Source: an uncultured bacterium (GTDB taxonomy: Bacteria > Acidobacteriota > Aminicenantia > UBA2199). From it: a DNA stretch of 64,000 bases. This document shows positions 18,852 to 30,003 of the stretch, one piece after another; the first letter of the stretch is position 1; every line of letters begins with the position of its first letter. The stretch lies in assembly GCA_942492175.1 (NCBI GenBank), contig CALODR010000009.1:168964-232963 (forward strand), given 5' to 3'. The position numbers were made by a program, and so were the translations under genes. The notes under the pieces were generated by a model, which worked only from the letters and a program-made list of their open reading frames with translations, had not been told where the DNA came from and did not search any database.

Positions 18852-20858
18852 CTATAATTCCTTCTGGAAAACTTTGGAATTTTTGAATTCATCTTCGATC
18901 TTTATAAATATTATTTTTTTACCTTTAGTTACCTTTTTTGAAAGTTTAAAATTTTCACTCCCGGAGTCATTGATCTTATCGATAGGATCAAGCGGGAACC
19001 ATTTCTCTCCTGTAAATGAATACAGGACTCTTAAAATAACAGAGTTTTTGTCTGATACTCTGAAGGAAAGAAATTCTCCTGTTGATTGAAAATCTGAAAG
19101 AACAGGTGCTGTTGAATCAATTGTAAACTTTCTGGATATTTCAGTGTCTGTTTTGAAAGTGTCAGGTGAGTTTGATAAAGAGTCATCCGCTGTAACTTTC
19201 AGGATATAATCGCCATCTTCATATAATTCCGTATTAATTTCTGTTTTTGATGTAGTGATATCTTCCCTTAAACTGAACCATTGTTTACCGGAGATTTTTT
19301 TTAGGGACAGAGAGAACTTTAGTTCATCATCGTTCGGATCATCGGAATCCCATGAAACATTCAATTTATTCTTGGCTGTAACCGCAGGTTTTTTTTTGTC
19401 AGTATTTTTACTCTCTTGATATGGTATCCTTACCCTTATTCTTCTGACCTCAGGTTTGAGGTTCTTCTGAGCATAGAAGAAACGGAATCCTGATATTCCC
19501 GGATTTTTATTTTCCGGTGAAGAATTGAGAATTACCTTTATCTGAAAGTACTTGTATCCTGAACGGTTAATATTTGAATTGTTCCCGTCACTGAAGGGGG
19601 GAGACCATTCTGTCCATGTTGGGTCAGGTGAAGCAGTATTCCCCGATCTTACAAAAAGAGAAACCGAGGTGGATTTACCATTAATGGGATCCCAATAGAG
19701 TCTTCCGGCATTGCTCTGAATACCAAGGTTGAAAACCTCGGATATGTACGAGCCATTTGAAGAGGCAAAATTATCGAGTTTTATTATAGATGATGTGTTA
19801 TTGTAGATTATTGTAAAACCTTCTGCCCCGGGGAGAATTCTGAAAGGCTGGGCAGATTCACCTTCATAGATCATTGAATAGCTGCCGTTTTTTTTCACTC
19901 TGTATATCCTGCCGCGGTTCCCGGTGCCGATAAGAACTCCTCCGTTCTTTTTATCCGGTGCAAGAGAATAGATCTGTTCATCAGTTGATGACCACAATTC
20001 TTCGATCTCACCCCCTGGATGCCTGAGGTATAATGCACTCTTGTTTTCCGGAATAATTTTTACTTTCGGAAATGTTAAGGATGTCATTTTACCTGAACCT
20101 GAATTTCCTTTTTTCACCTCTTTTGAGGCAGAGAACCAGATATCGCCTTCATCATCTCCGTAAATACCGTTGATCTCCTCAAAAGGTGTGTCATACAGCA
20201 CCTGGCTCTTTCCGGAATTTATTCTGTAAAGGATTCCGTTCCCGCCGCTTCCGGCAATGATGGAATTATCTGCCGAGATAAACAAAGACATGATATGGGT
20301 GTCGCCTGAAAATAATTTCCTGGAGTTTCCGCTTTTATCGATTTTGTAAACACCTCCGCTTCCTCCTACCGCACAGATGATATTACCTGACCTGTCTTCC
20401 TTTAAATCCCAGATGTATTTTTCGTCGGGGTTAAAAAATTCTTTTGATTTTTCAGGACCGGATATACGAAATAATTTCCCTCTTGGAGAGGATGCGGCAT
20501 AAATGAGTTTGTCTGAACCGTACAATACAGCATAGATGTCAGGCTCTTCGGCCTTAAACATTTCTGTTACTTTTCCATCTTTACTGATTCTGAAAAGTGA
20601 AGCGTTATGCCCCGTCCCCAGATAGATATCTCCTGATATGGAAATGTCACATCCGAGATAGTACTCTTTGCCGGGACCTTTTATCCTGGAGCTTTTCAAT
20701 GAGATGAACAATTCTCCGTTATCTTTCAGCCCTGTGTCGACAAATGTCCCTTTTTCAAAACTTGAGTAATCTGCAACATCCTTCTTCCTGACCTGAACGG
20801 AATGTAGGATTGATAGTGAAAGTATGATCATAAATATGATCGATATCTTTTTGTTCAT
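18852..20858 (-). CDS. Secreted beta-propeller repeat protein with C-terminal Ig/Fn3-like domains
   Basis: Signal peptide; repeated strand motifs (GKLFRISG, GGVYKID, GILYRIN, GDIWFSAS, GRIYRV); beta-sandwich C-terminus. Confidence 0.4.
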   Translation of the reverse strand: MNKKISIIFMIILSLSILHSVQVRKKDVADYSSFEKGTFVDTGLKDNGELFISLKSSRIKGPGKEYYLGCDISISGDIYLGTGHNASLFRISKDGKVTEMFKAEEPDIYAVLYGSDKLIYAASSPRGKLFRISGPEKSKEFFNPDEKYIWDLKEDRSGNIICAVGGSGGVYKIDKSGNSRKLFSGDTHIMSLFISADNSIIAGSGGNGILYRINSGKSQVLYDTPFEEINGIYGDDEGDIWFSASKEVKKGNSGSGKMTSLTFPKVKIIPENKSALYLRHPGGEIEELWSSTDEQIYSLAPDKKNGGVLIGTGNRGRIYRVKKNGSYSMIYEGESAQPFRILPGAEGFTIIYNNTSSIIKLDNFASSNGSYISEVFNLGIQSNAGRLYWDPINGKSTSVSLFVRSGNTASPDPTWTEWSPPFSDGNNSNINRSGYKYFQIKVILNSSPENKNPGISGFRFFYAQKNLKPEVRRIRVRIPYQESKNTDKKKPAVTAKNKLNVSWDSDDPNDDELKFSLSLKKISGKQWFSLREDITTSKTEINTELYEDGDYILKVTADDSLSNSPDTFKTDTEISRKFTIDSTAPVLSDFQSTGEFLSFRVSDKNSVILRVLYSFTGEKWFPLDPIDKINDSGSENFKLSKKVTKGKKIIFIKIEDEFKNSKVFQKEL

Positions 20859-20859
20859 T

Positions 20860-22617
20860 TTACCTCTCTCTGATCTTCAATTTGAACACTTTTTTCCCGG
20901 TTATAATAACCGGAACTTCCATTTGAAAGTCCTCAAGCGAGGAATATTTTATTTCAGTCTGAATTTTTTCAGCAGAGTTATAATTGTAGAGATTTCTCAG
21001 ACCGGAAGGGAGATTCGAGAACTCATATCCCTTGAAGAACATTCCCTTGTTAGGTGTTGTCATTTTTATATAGATCCTGTTGTTTTTTCTTAGGTTGTTT
21101 ATTGCCCTGATCAAAGAGTTAAGGGTTGAAGGGAAGAATGATGATTTTATATTCTTCGATTCAAATTTCCCTATCTCATTTTTGTCGGCGATCAGAAGGG
21201 TGAATTCCGAATTGTCCTTTAGAATGGGAGCTTTAAGGCGTATGGACTCCACTGTGAGATCTCCCCTTTCATTTTTTATCAGGACCTTTATATCCATTAG
21301 TTCGCCGGGTTTAAAAACATTTTTATTTATAAGGGCATTTATAATCTCTCCCTTTTTGATCGTCTCCGATACGGTGACATTAAAATCCATTTTCTGGATC
21401 TTAATCTGCTTCTCTTTATTGTTCATTATGAAAAAATTCACTGCAAGGAGGAGATCGGCGAATTCGTTATAAGAATTTCCTCCGCTGAACATATCGTTTA
21501 TTATTATATTTTTCTCGTTTTCAATATATATTTTCCCGTCAACATTTATCGAGTTGAATCCATACTGCTGGATCTCGGTCATAAAAATATTGGCTATTGA
21601 TATCTGGGACATGGCAGGTGTCAGAAGGGGATGATTTACCATTTCAACGTTGAATTTCCGGTTTCTGTTGCTGAAGAACACCTGCAGGGGGATCATATAC
21701 GGTTTCCTTCCGGTCTCTCCCATTACAGCTGAGAACCTGTCCTGTGTGATGGAGCCGATCATCTTACCGGTTGATGACAATTTAAAAGACTCCTGGTAGG
21801 ATGGGACGACTGAAACAACTTCAGCTTTATGCATAGGGAACTCAACTCTTCCCAGATTAAAGAATGGGTGCCCGAACAAATAAACCTTTTTACCTTCCGT
21901 ATATGTCACAGTTCCTGATGATGAATATTCAAAATCACCTCTCACCAGAGGTATGGAAACTGCTTCAGCACCATGGATTGAATTGTCCCCGGGGATCTGT
22001 TCCTGTTTGCTGCTGTCCAGTTTCAGGTTGTTTGTCGGAGTGAAAAGAGGCCTGAGCAGGGTATCTGCTTCTCCCATTATCCCTCTGCTTGTGGAAAGGA
22101 GCCCAATAGGCAGAAAATCTCCTCCCGAAGCAGGATTTATCCGGCGGGATAATTCAAGTTTCAGTCTGCTTTTTATGTTTTTAACATTTTCTTTGTCAAA
22201 TTGAACTTTTATGTCTGAAATATCTATTGTGTATTCGGGAGTATCATAATCTTTTACCTTAACAATATCTTCGATCGGTGTTATTCCTGCAATTGGTTTC
22301 TTTGAATAGTTGAAGCCGTAAGATACGGAACCGATTATTTTTCCGTCGATGTAGACCGGGCTCCCGGACATACCTGCTATAACACCGATCCCCTTTAGTT
22401 CCGGCGAAAATAATTCTGCTATTATGAGATTTTTCCCGGGTGAAAAATTTTTCAGGAATCCCAATATTTTGAATTTGAAGGTTTCAATTTCAGTGCCTCT
22501 GAAAATTGTCTTACCTTCCCCCTCCATCCCTTTTTTTAATTTACTGTATTCCAGTATTTCTGCCGAACCCAATATAAAAGAAAATGCGAGCAGCAGAGTA
22601 ATAAAAATTTTCTTCAT
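20860..22617 (-). CDS. S55(SpoIVB)-like serine peptidase family protein (tentative)
   Basis: Signal peptide. GVIAGMSGSPVYIDGKIIGSVSYGF resembles the S55 catalytic-Ser segment GMSGSPI, and LFGHPF lies downstream. The motif order differs from SpoIVB, so the assignment is tentative. Confidence 0.35.
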   Translation of the reverse strand: MKKIFITLLLAFSFILGSAEILEYSKLKKGMEGEGKTIFRGTEIETFKFKILGFLKNFSPGKNLIIAELFSPELKGIGVIAGMSGSPVYIDGKIIGSVSYGFNYSKKPIAGITPIEDIVKVKDYDTPEYTIDISDIKVQFDKENVKNIKSRLKLELSRRINPASGGDFLPIGLLSTSRGIMGEADTLLRPLFTPTNNLKLDSSKQEQIPGDNSIHGAEAVSIPLVRGDFEYSSSGTVTYTEGKKVYLFGHPFFNLGRVEFPMHKAEVVSVVPSYQESFKLSSTGKMIGSITQDRFSAVMGETGRKPYMIPLQVFFSNRNRKFNVEMVNHPLLTPAMSQISIANIFMTEIQQYGFNSINVDGKIYIENEKNIIINDMFSGGNSYNEFADLLLAVNFFIMNNKEKQIKIQKMDFNVTVSETIKKGEIINALINKNVFKPGELMDIKVLIKNERGDLTVESIRLKAPILKDNSEFTLLIADKNEIGKFESKNIKSSFFPSTLNSLIRAINNLRKNNRIYIKMTTPNKGMFFKGYEFSNLPSGLRNLYNYNSAEKIQTEIKYSSLEDFQMEVPVIITGKKVFKLKIRER

Positions 22618-22979
22618 TTTGTCTCCAGAAAAGTTTTGATGCTGGCCAGAAAAGGGGTTACTTGGAAAGGCTTATGTATTATTCCTATAGCTCCTATACC
22701 CGCAGCAAACTTCTCATCAATTCTGTGATCGCCCGTCATTAAAACCACAGCTGTATCTATATTCTTTTCTCTTAAATCTAAAATAAATTTTTCGACACTG
22801 TTTTGCCCGATGTTAACATCGGAAATTATAAGTTTAAATTTGTTTTTTCCGGCTTCTTCGATGGCGGATTCAAAATCACGTGCTTTTACACCTGCAATAT
22901 TCTCAAATGCAAGAAAATCTACAACAAGATCGCATATATATCCTTCATCATCAACAATAAGAATTTTTTTGTCTTTCAT
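22614..22979 (-). CDS. Stand-alone response-regulator receiver (REC) domain protein
   Basis: CheY-like: ILIVDDE, a phospho-acceptor Asp (LIISDVNIG), T/K residues. Its stop overlaps the start of the S55-like gene (ATGA). Confidence 0.7.
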   Translation of the reverse strand: MKDKKILIVDDEGYICDLVVDFLAFENIAGVKARDFESAIEEAGKNKFKLIISDVNIGQNSVEKFILDLREKNIDTAVVLMTGDHRIDEKFAAGIGAIGIIHKPFQVTPFLASIKTFLETK

Positions 22980-23078
22980 AATAAATAATATTAATAGAGT
23001 TTCCCGAAGAAATCAAGAAACGAGCCCGTCCTGAGTAGAATTAAGCCTGTAATAATAAAAGTGTCCGGACAGTAAAAG

Positions 23079-25489
23079 TTAAAATTTAACATTTGGTTGT
23101 CTTTCAAATCTTGATACTTTGAACTCAATAGTTCCAGGTTTCAACCTTGCCAATATTCCTCCGTGTTCAGATGTAAAAAATAATTTCGTTTTGAACAGCC
23201 TGTATCTTAAAAGTACTTCCCTGTCAGGGAACCCGAAACTGTTCTTGTATCCAAGTGGAAATACAGCGTTATCAGGAAGGCACATCCGGAGGAAATTATA
23301 TGAAGAAGATGTTGCTGAACCGTGATGAGGGACTTTTAATATACTGCATTTGAGATTAATTCCATATTTTTTTATTACAGCATTTTCCGCATTTGTCTCT
23401 ATATCTCCTGTAAACAGGACAGTGTGGTCTCCTGTTGTCAGTTTAATAACCTGCGAATGGTCATTTTTTGTTGAAAAAGGTTCCAGAACTTTGAATGGAT
23501 ATAAAATTTCGATTAGTGACCCACCGTAACTTAATCTGAATCCGGAAGCTACCTTCCTTAACTTTGTTGAGTCTCTGCATTTTTCTGACAAGGTGTCAAA
23601 TATACTGCTGTTATCCGGTGCAGATGAGATCCAGACCTCTTTGGGGCTGAGAATGTTGACTATTTCATTAATACCTCTGCAGTGGTCGGGGTGGTAATGA
23701 GAAACAGCGATCCATCTGATTCTGATCCCCTTTTTAAGAATAAACGGGAGTACGATCTGTTTCCCCACCTCAAAATCACCGAACCCTGAACCACCTCCGT
23801 CTATAAGAAGAGAATCACCTCCCGGGAAAACAATAATATGGGAATCACCCTGCCCGACATCGAGAAAATATATCTCAGGATGGTCCGGATTATATGGCGG
23901 CCCTCTTTGAATTGCGAGGAAGAGGAGTGAAGCGGTCAAAAAAAATAAAAAAAAATTAATATACCTGCACCTGGATAAATAACACAAAGAAAAGAAAGAA
24001 ATGAAAAAAAACAATAGTAATATTACTGATGGGGGAGGCCTGAAGATGGAAAGACCTAAGACTTCTGAAAATGATCCTGCCAGGAAGAAAAAGGTTTTAA
24101 GCAATGTGTCTGAAAGGAAGATTAAAGGATCTGCAGGTAGAATGGGGCAGATCGAAAGGGGAAGCAGCGGGAGAGAGAAAATCATAATTGCAGCAGTGAG
24201 GGGAAGAAGAATTATCCCTGAAAGGATACCGGTGAAGGAGTATCTCAAAAAAAAGAAAAGAGAAACCGGGATGGAGCAGACTGCTGCATTGAGGTTGGCA
24301 GCAGCAGCTTCTTTTAAGTATGAGTTCTTCTTTTTGTCATCTCGGAAGAATATTTTTCTTCCGGAAATTATTCCGGCAGTTGTCAGAAAAGTGAGATTAA
24401 AACCGGGATCGAGAAAACTGCAGGGGTTGATTATAAGGAGAATCAGGCCGGTAAATGAGAGAATGTTGACAGGATCCGCTCTGAGGTAGAATATCTTTGA
24501 TATCGAAAACAGAACTGCCATCAAGACTGCTCTCTCAGCAGATACTTTGAACCCTGTTATGAGTAGGAATAGCAGGAGTATGGATATTAAAATCAGATAT
24601 CTACCCCTCTCTTTTATCCTTGTTCTTCTGAGTATAAACAATACTAATAGTGCAATTATCCCTATGTGAGCACCAGATATTGCAAATAGGTGGAATACTC
24701 CGGTTTCAAGGAGAATCTCTTTAACTTCAGATGAGATCCGTCCTCTGTCACCGAGAAGAAGAGCCTCCAACATCTGCCCCTCTCTCTCCAATCCACCCCC
24801 GTTTTTCAGGTACTCCTTTTCGATCAGTTTTCTTACTTTTCTCTTATCCATCCTGCTGTACGGAATAAAATCCCGGAATTTTTTATCCTTTCTATAAATA
24901 GGGCGGATTTGGAATAGCCGGAGAAGTGGATACCGTTTGCAAGGAGATACGATTCAGATTTTGGAGTAAAAAAATTCAGAGAAGGCCGTGATTTTCTGAT
25001 GGTAGTATCTACTATGACCGTGTCCCCCATACATAAATAACCCAGGTCCCCGTTTATATTTATCTGTAAAACAATACCTGAACTGTTTACATTCCCTTTT
25101 TTATAGATATTCTCTGTTCTTAAAATTATTGTTGATTTGGAATCTCCTATTACAGGGAAGCTTAGAACTTTCCCTCTTATTTTTAAATATTGTTCACTTT
25201 CTATATCCAACGATTTTTTTGCATAGAATATTTCCCTTTTTTCCAGAAACATATGACCGATAAGAAGGGAAATGGCAAAAGATGTTAAATATATTGAAAA
25301 AGTGTATTTTTTAAAAATGAAAGATGTAAGCGAGATACCAGATGTTATAATTACTGCCGGGCCTATAAGATCATCGCAATAATTAGCGATATTAAGCAGG
25401 TTTAGTGTTGTCAGACTTGTGATGAACGGAATTACAAACAATTTGGCCATATAAATGATAATGACTGGAAAATTTGTATATTTCAACAA
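23079..25489 (-). CDS. comEC: DNA internalization-related competence protein ComEC/Rec2, split into two overlapping ORFs by an apparent frameshift
   Basis: The N-terminal fragment (24833..25489) carries the DUF4131/OB region. The C-terminal fragment (23079..24851) carries the competence membrane domain (FAISGAHIGIIALL) and a metallo-beta-lactamase domain (HYHPDH, VPHHGS). The frame change falls in 24833-24851, where there is a T4/A4 run at 24837-24840. Confidence 0.7.
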
Positions 25490-25510
25490 AGTATAGAAAA
25501 TATTGAAATA

Positions 25511-26603
25511 TTACTTGATTTTTTTTAGTGCTGCTTTAATAAACTCGAAAATATCCCCGTCAAGAATTTTCTGGGTATTGCCTATCTCCAAATCGGTTCT
25601 GTGGTCTTTGATGCTCTGATAGGGGTGAAGGACATATGAGCGGATCTGGTTCCCCCAGGCTATGTCACCTTTTGAGTTCTCCAGTTTATCTTTCTCCGAC
25701 ATCTTTTTTTTCATCTCATTATCGTATAGCTTTGACATCAACAATTTCATTGCCCGGTCCCGGTTCTGATGCTGGGAACGTTCACTCTGGCATTGAGCAA
25801 CAATGTTTGTCGGAATGTGGGTGATCCTTATGGCCGAATCGGTCTTGTTTACGTGCTGTCCCCCGGCACCGGAAGCTCTGTAAGTATCAACTCTCAGATC
25901 TTTCGGATCAACTTCGATCTCAATAGAGTCATCAACCTCCGGGTATACGAATACAGCGGCAAAAGATGTGTGGCGTCTTTTATTTGAGTCAAAAGGGGAT
26001 ATTCTGACCAGTCTGTGGACACCTATCTCGCGTTTAAGGTATCCGAATACATAGTCTCCTTCGATCCTGACAGTAACACTTTTTATTCCTGCCTCTTCAC
26101 CTGCGAGAATTTCTATTATCTTCGCATTAAAATCCATCCTCTCTGCGAATCTCAGATACATTCTAAGAAGCATTTCTGCCCAGTCCTGGCTCTCAGTTCC
26201 ACCAGCTCCCGGATGGATCGTGAGAAAAGCATTGTTAATATCGCTTTCTCCGCTCAAATAATTCTGTGTTTCAGTTTCATCAATAAACTCTTCAAACTTG
26301 TTAAGTTCAGATTCAATTTCGGTGGCAATATCAGGATCTTCCTCTGCAAGATCGAAGTATGTTTCCATATCGTCGATTCCTGAATTAAATTTGTCCTCTA
26401 CTTTCAGCTGGTTCTCAAGTCTTTTTTTTTCTTTAAGAAGAGGAGCTGAACGTTTCGGGTCGTTCCATATAGATGAATCGAGGAATTCTTCCTCTATCTC
26501 TTTTAACCGGGTGTGCTTTTTCCCGAAGTCAAAGAAACCCCCTGAGATCTTCAGCTTTCTGCTTCAGTTCTCCATATTTGCTTTTGAGTTCCGGGATTTC
26601 CAT
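25511..26603 (-). CDS. prfB: Peptide chain release factor 2 with programmed +1 ribosomal frameshift
   Basis: The reading frame from the ATG at 26603 encodes 24 aa ending ...RGFL and then TGA. A +1 shift at CTT TGA C continues into the RF2 body (GGQ motif in YRASGAGGQHVNKTDSAIR, SPF-containing domain). Total about 363 aa. Confidence 0.85.
26528..26543 (-). other. prfB: RF2 recoding site: SD-like AGGGGG followed by the CTT TGA C shift site
   Basis: The minus strand reads AGGGGGTTTCTTTGAC, matching the conserved prfB autoregulatory frameshift cassette. Confidence 0.8.
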
Positions 26604-26751
26604 ACTTCAATTCTATATTTTTTTTACTCGTGGGTCAACTGTGATTGATTCTTAAGGATTTGTTTTCTGTCAGGTGGATAATGCCGGGATCTTTGTTAAT
26701 AGTTGATGTATTAGCTATTTAATTTTAAAATAAATCTTCCGGGAGAGCATC

Positions 26752-27234
26752 ATGAGCAATAAAAATAGAATAATCGGTTTATCAATTTGTTTTGTGCTTG
26801 TTTTATTATCAGGTATTCAGTTTGAGGAGGCTAAGGATAAGATGGTAAAAATATCGGTCTATACCCGACTATTTAACTACCTGAAAAATGAAGAAACTCC
26901 GGATCTCAGAAAATTTGAAGATGAATTGGAAATTGAATACGAAAAAAACAAAAAATATGTGATCAAAAGGCTCAATTGTCTGGCTTACAAAATGATCCAC
27001 TATAACCGGCCCGGTGATGCAGTATTGGTTCTTAAAATCGGGATCGTTCTCTCTCCGGATGATGCAAACCTTTATGATTCTCTCGGTAAAGCATATATGG
27101 AATCAGGAAACAATTCTTCAGCAATAAAGTGTTATGAAAAGTCACTGAAATTAAATCCGAAGAATACAAATGCTGAAAAGATGTTGAAAAAGCTGTTGGA
27201 GGAAAGTCCCTGTTCCGAATGTGGTAAATGTTAG
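26752..27234 (+). CDS. Secreted TPR-repeat protein
   Basis: Signal peptide; TPR-like repeats (ANLYDSLGKAYMESGNNSSAIKCYEKSLKLNPKN). Confidence 0.5.
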   Translation: MSNKNRIIGLSICFVLVLLSGIQFEEAKDKMVKISVYTRLFNYLKNEETPDLRKFEDELEIEYEKNKKYVIKRLNCLAYKMIHYNRPGDAVLVLKIGIVLSPDDANLYDSLGKAYMESGNNSSAIKCYEKSLKLNPKNTNAEKMLKKLLEESPCSECGKC

Positions 27235-27238
27235 CAAG

Positions 27239-30001
27239 CTAAAATGTATTTTTTCCCGGTGATCTTTCGCAGATGTTTTTGTGGAGGCAGTACCTGCAGA
27301 GTTTCTCATCCTCAGTCTGTGTGAAATGTATTTCAGGATCAAATATATCTGTTAGGATCGATGAAAGTATTGTTTCAAATTCTGCGAGAATTGATCTTTC
27401 AAAGAGCTCTTTTCCATTAAGTTTGACAAAAGTGAGTTGGTCTGAGAGGGTTTTAAACGGGTAGATAGCCAGCTTAAACCCATGGTCCAGGATCTTATTA
27501 TTTTTTAAAAGGAGTGCATAGAACATCAATTGGAAGACCTCTTTATGCTTTATAAAATCGATCTCACTCAATTCCTTTGTGATCTCAAGTTTTTCAATTT
27601 TTCCTGTTTTATAATCAATGATTCTGGTAATTTTTCCCTTAGTGTCGATCCGGTCAATGATCCCTTTTAATTTAACCGACTCCTTTCTCCCTTGAGCGTT
27701 GAATTCAAATGCCACTTCCTCTATTTTGTTCTCAAGCGAGTTAATATTAAAAGGGAGTTCCTCCTCTTCGTCTGCCAGAAACTTCCCCGTGAATTTTTTG
27801 ATGACCTCGAAGGTGATCCTGTTGAGCCCGGTTTCGGTCTCAACTATGTTTTCATCCAGAAATGAATCGTGAATAATTTTGTCGATATGTTCTGAACTGA
27901 GATTTGAATAGAAATTTCTATCCAGACTTATATTTGCTTTTTTCTTATAGATCTTTTCGAGTACTTTGTGGACAATGGATCCGAATTTAGCAGGATCATG
28001 GGCATCTTCTGTTTCTGACTCTTCCTTCAGCCTCAATACATATTGGAACCAGAATCTGAGGTGACACTCCATCCAGGTCCGGAGAGAGGTGGGTGAGAAT
28101 GTCATTTTCCTGATCTTTTCCAGGTTTTCACCGTTCTTTTTTACCGTGATCAAAGGCGGGAGGCCTATATTAATGCTGAAATCCGCGCTCACCTGATCGA
28201 TGTCCGCTTTTTTATTGTATTCTCCGTATTCAAGTAGGATCTGGTCGATGAACCGGCTTCTCTCTCCCGCCATCGCTCCGGGTTTTACTCCCGAATAGAG
28301 AAGTGTAATATTGCGGCTGTTCGACACCATCCTGTAAAAATGGTAGGCAAAAACGGCCTCCCTTTCTCCGAAAAATGGCAGTCCGAACGATCGTCTGACA
28401 TCCTGAGGTATAAATGTCGGCGTATGTTTCCCCTTCGGGAATTGATCCTCATTCATGGAGAGGATAAAGAGATGTTTAAATTTAAGATTCTGCATTTCCA
28501 GAACACCCAGGATCTGCAGACCTTCCAGCGGTTCACCGGTAAATGGGATATGGACCGATCCGATCAGGTCGCTGAACATCCGGTGAAATCCCCTGAGGCT
28601 GACCGGGTCTCCGGTTCTTCTGATGATCTCATTTAGTTTTGCTGCAAGGGTATAAAAACGGTGGATGAATTCCTTCTCGATCCCCGACAGGCTTATCTTC
28701 TCCTCGGCAACGGCTTTTCTTACCCGATCAATAATGGACAGGAATTTTTCAAGGAATACGGTCGAGTCCTTATTCATGGATGCGATAATCCCCAACAGGC
28801 CGGAAGGTTTTTCGGGGAGGTTGACAAAGGTACCTGTCCCATTTTTGACCGCTTTATAAAATCCGTTGAGTTCTTCATCGGAAATGATTTTTATATAGGG
28901 GTGTTCCAGGATCTTCAACAGGTCTCTTTTTGTCCACTGACGGATTTTGCTGTTGTGAAGTAATATCAGTGATTCATACAGCGAATAGACGGATGTTTGT
29001 CTGAGTGGATATCCGATGGAAATGTTTCCCTTTCCGGTATTGTCCGGGAGTGAGTTGAGTATCGGGAAAAGGAGGGTTTCATCGGGAAGAACGACAGCAA
29101 TGTCTTCAAGGGTTTCACCCCGGTCAAGTAGTTCTGACAGCCTGAGGCCGCAGTACTTTGCCTGGGCTATATCCGATGTGGTCTCAACAATCCGGATTTT
29201 TTTCTCTCCTGACAACCCTTCTCCGGGTGGGTAGACCAGAGACTCGGCGTGTAAAATTGGATTGTATTTTCTGTGAAACATCCCGGCTTCCTGTTCAGGA
29301 TCTTCAGCGAAATAGGGATCAGATTCATTTATTATTTCTGCAATACCGGCTTTCTCCAATTGGGACAGTATCTCAAATTCCGATCCTGACAGGGCATTGA
29401 ATCCGGCAAATATTATTTTGTTCCACCCTCGGTCGGTGATCAGATTGGTTTTCTCAGCCACCTGTCGGAATGCCATCCCTTCGTATGCTGAATGATGGGA
29501 TTCCAATGATACCCTGAAAGGCTCATAGATACTTTCCAGATCGAGCCATAGGTCCAGGTACTCTTTCTTGATCTCCGGAGAGTTGTAGGGCTCCGGATTT
29601 TCAAGTCCTTCAAGGCCCCTCAATGCACTGAAAAGACTTTTTGTATCCGCCAGGTTTTTATCGATCTCATTGAGATCGGAAAGAATGATCTTCCCGGTTT
29701 GAAAAAAATTTTCCATTGAGATGTTTTTCTCGGGGAGTTGATCCCGATAGGTATTGTACAGTTCAAAGATAAGTTCGTATGTTTCCGGTATCTCGAATCC
29801 CGAACAGAGGCTGATCAGGTCATTGATCGAATAAACTTCGGGAGACCATAATGGTGAGTCTGAAAGATTGGCAAGGTGGTCCCTGAAGTATACAGCGGAC
29901 CTTCTATTCGGGAAGATAAACGCAAGATGGCGGATATTATCTTTATACTTCTCGAAATATCTGTCAGCTATGAGTTTGAGGAATCCTCTCTCCATGTTCA
30001 C
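27239..30001 (-). CDS. addB: AddB-like helicase-nuclease subunit (inactive helicase-like body, C-terminal PD-(D/E)xK nuclease with cysteine cluster)
   Basis: 920 aa. C-terminal nuclease motifs GIIDRID...IIDYKTG and the CRYCLHKNIC cysteine cluster. Immediately downstream of the addA-like gene with a 2-nt gap. Confidence 0.6.
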   Translation of the reverse strand: MNMERGFLKLIADRYFEKYKDNIRHLAFIFPNRRSAVYFRDHLANLSDSPLWSPEVYSINDLISLCSGFEIPETYELIFELYNTYRDQLPEKNISMENFFQTGKIILSDLNEIDKNLADTKSLFSALRGLEGLENPEPYNSPEIKKEYLDLWLDLESIYEPFRVSLESHHSAYEGMAFRQVAEKTNLITDRGWNKIIFAGFNALSGSEFEILSQLEKAGIAEIINESDPYFAEDPEQEAGMFHRKYNPILHAESLVYPPGEGLSGEKKIRIVETTSDIAQAKYCGLRLSELLDRGETLEDIAVVLPDETLLFPILNSLPDNTGKGNISIGYPLRQTSVYSLYESLILLHNSKIRQWTKRDLLKILEHPYIKIISDEELNGFYKAVKNGTGTFVNLPEKPSGLLGIIASMNKDSTVFLEKFLSIIDRVRKAVAEEKISLSGIEKEFIHRFYTLAAKLNEIIRRTGDPVSLRGFHRMFSDLIGSVHIPFTGEPLEGLQILGVLEMQNLKFKHLFILSMNEDQFPKGKHTPTFIPQDVRRSFGLPFFGEREAVFAYHFYRMVSNSRNITLLYSGVKPGAMAGERSRFIDQILLEYGEYNKKADIDQVSADFSINIGLPPLITVKKNGENLEKIRKMTFSPTSLRTWMECHLRFWFQYVLRLKEESETEDAHDPAKFGSIVHKVLEKIYKKKANISLDRNFYSNLSSEHIDKIIHDSFLDENIVETETGLNRITFEVIKKFTGKFLADEEEELPFNINSLENKIEEVAFEFNAQGRKESVKLKGIIDRIDTKGKITRIIDYKTGKIEKLEITKELSEIDFIKHKEVFQLMFYALLLKNNKILDHGFKLAIYPFKTLSDQLTFVKLNGKELFERSILAEFETILSSILTDIFDPEIHFTQTEDEKLCRYCLHKNICERSPGKNTF

Positions 30002-30003
30002 AG

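Noticed and set aside
20860-22617. Calling the 585-aa secreted protein a DegP/HtrA-type protease
   Set aside because: There is no PDZ domain and no GNSGGP motif. The GMSGSP segment fits S55 better, and even that is tentative, so only a cautious family-level call was made.
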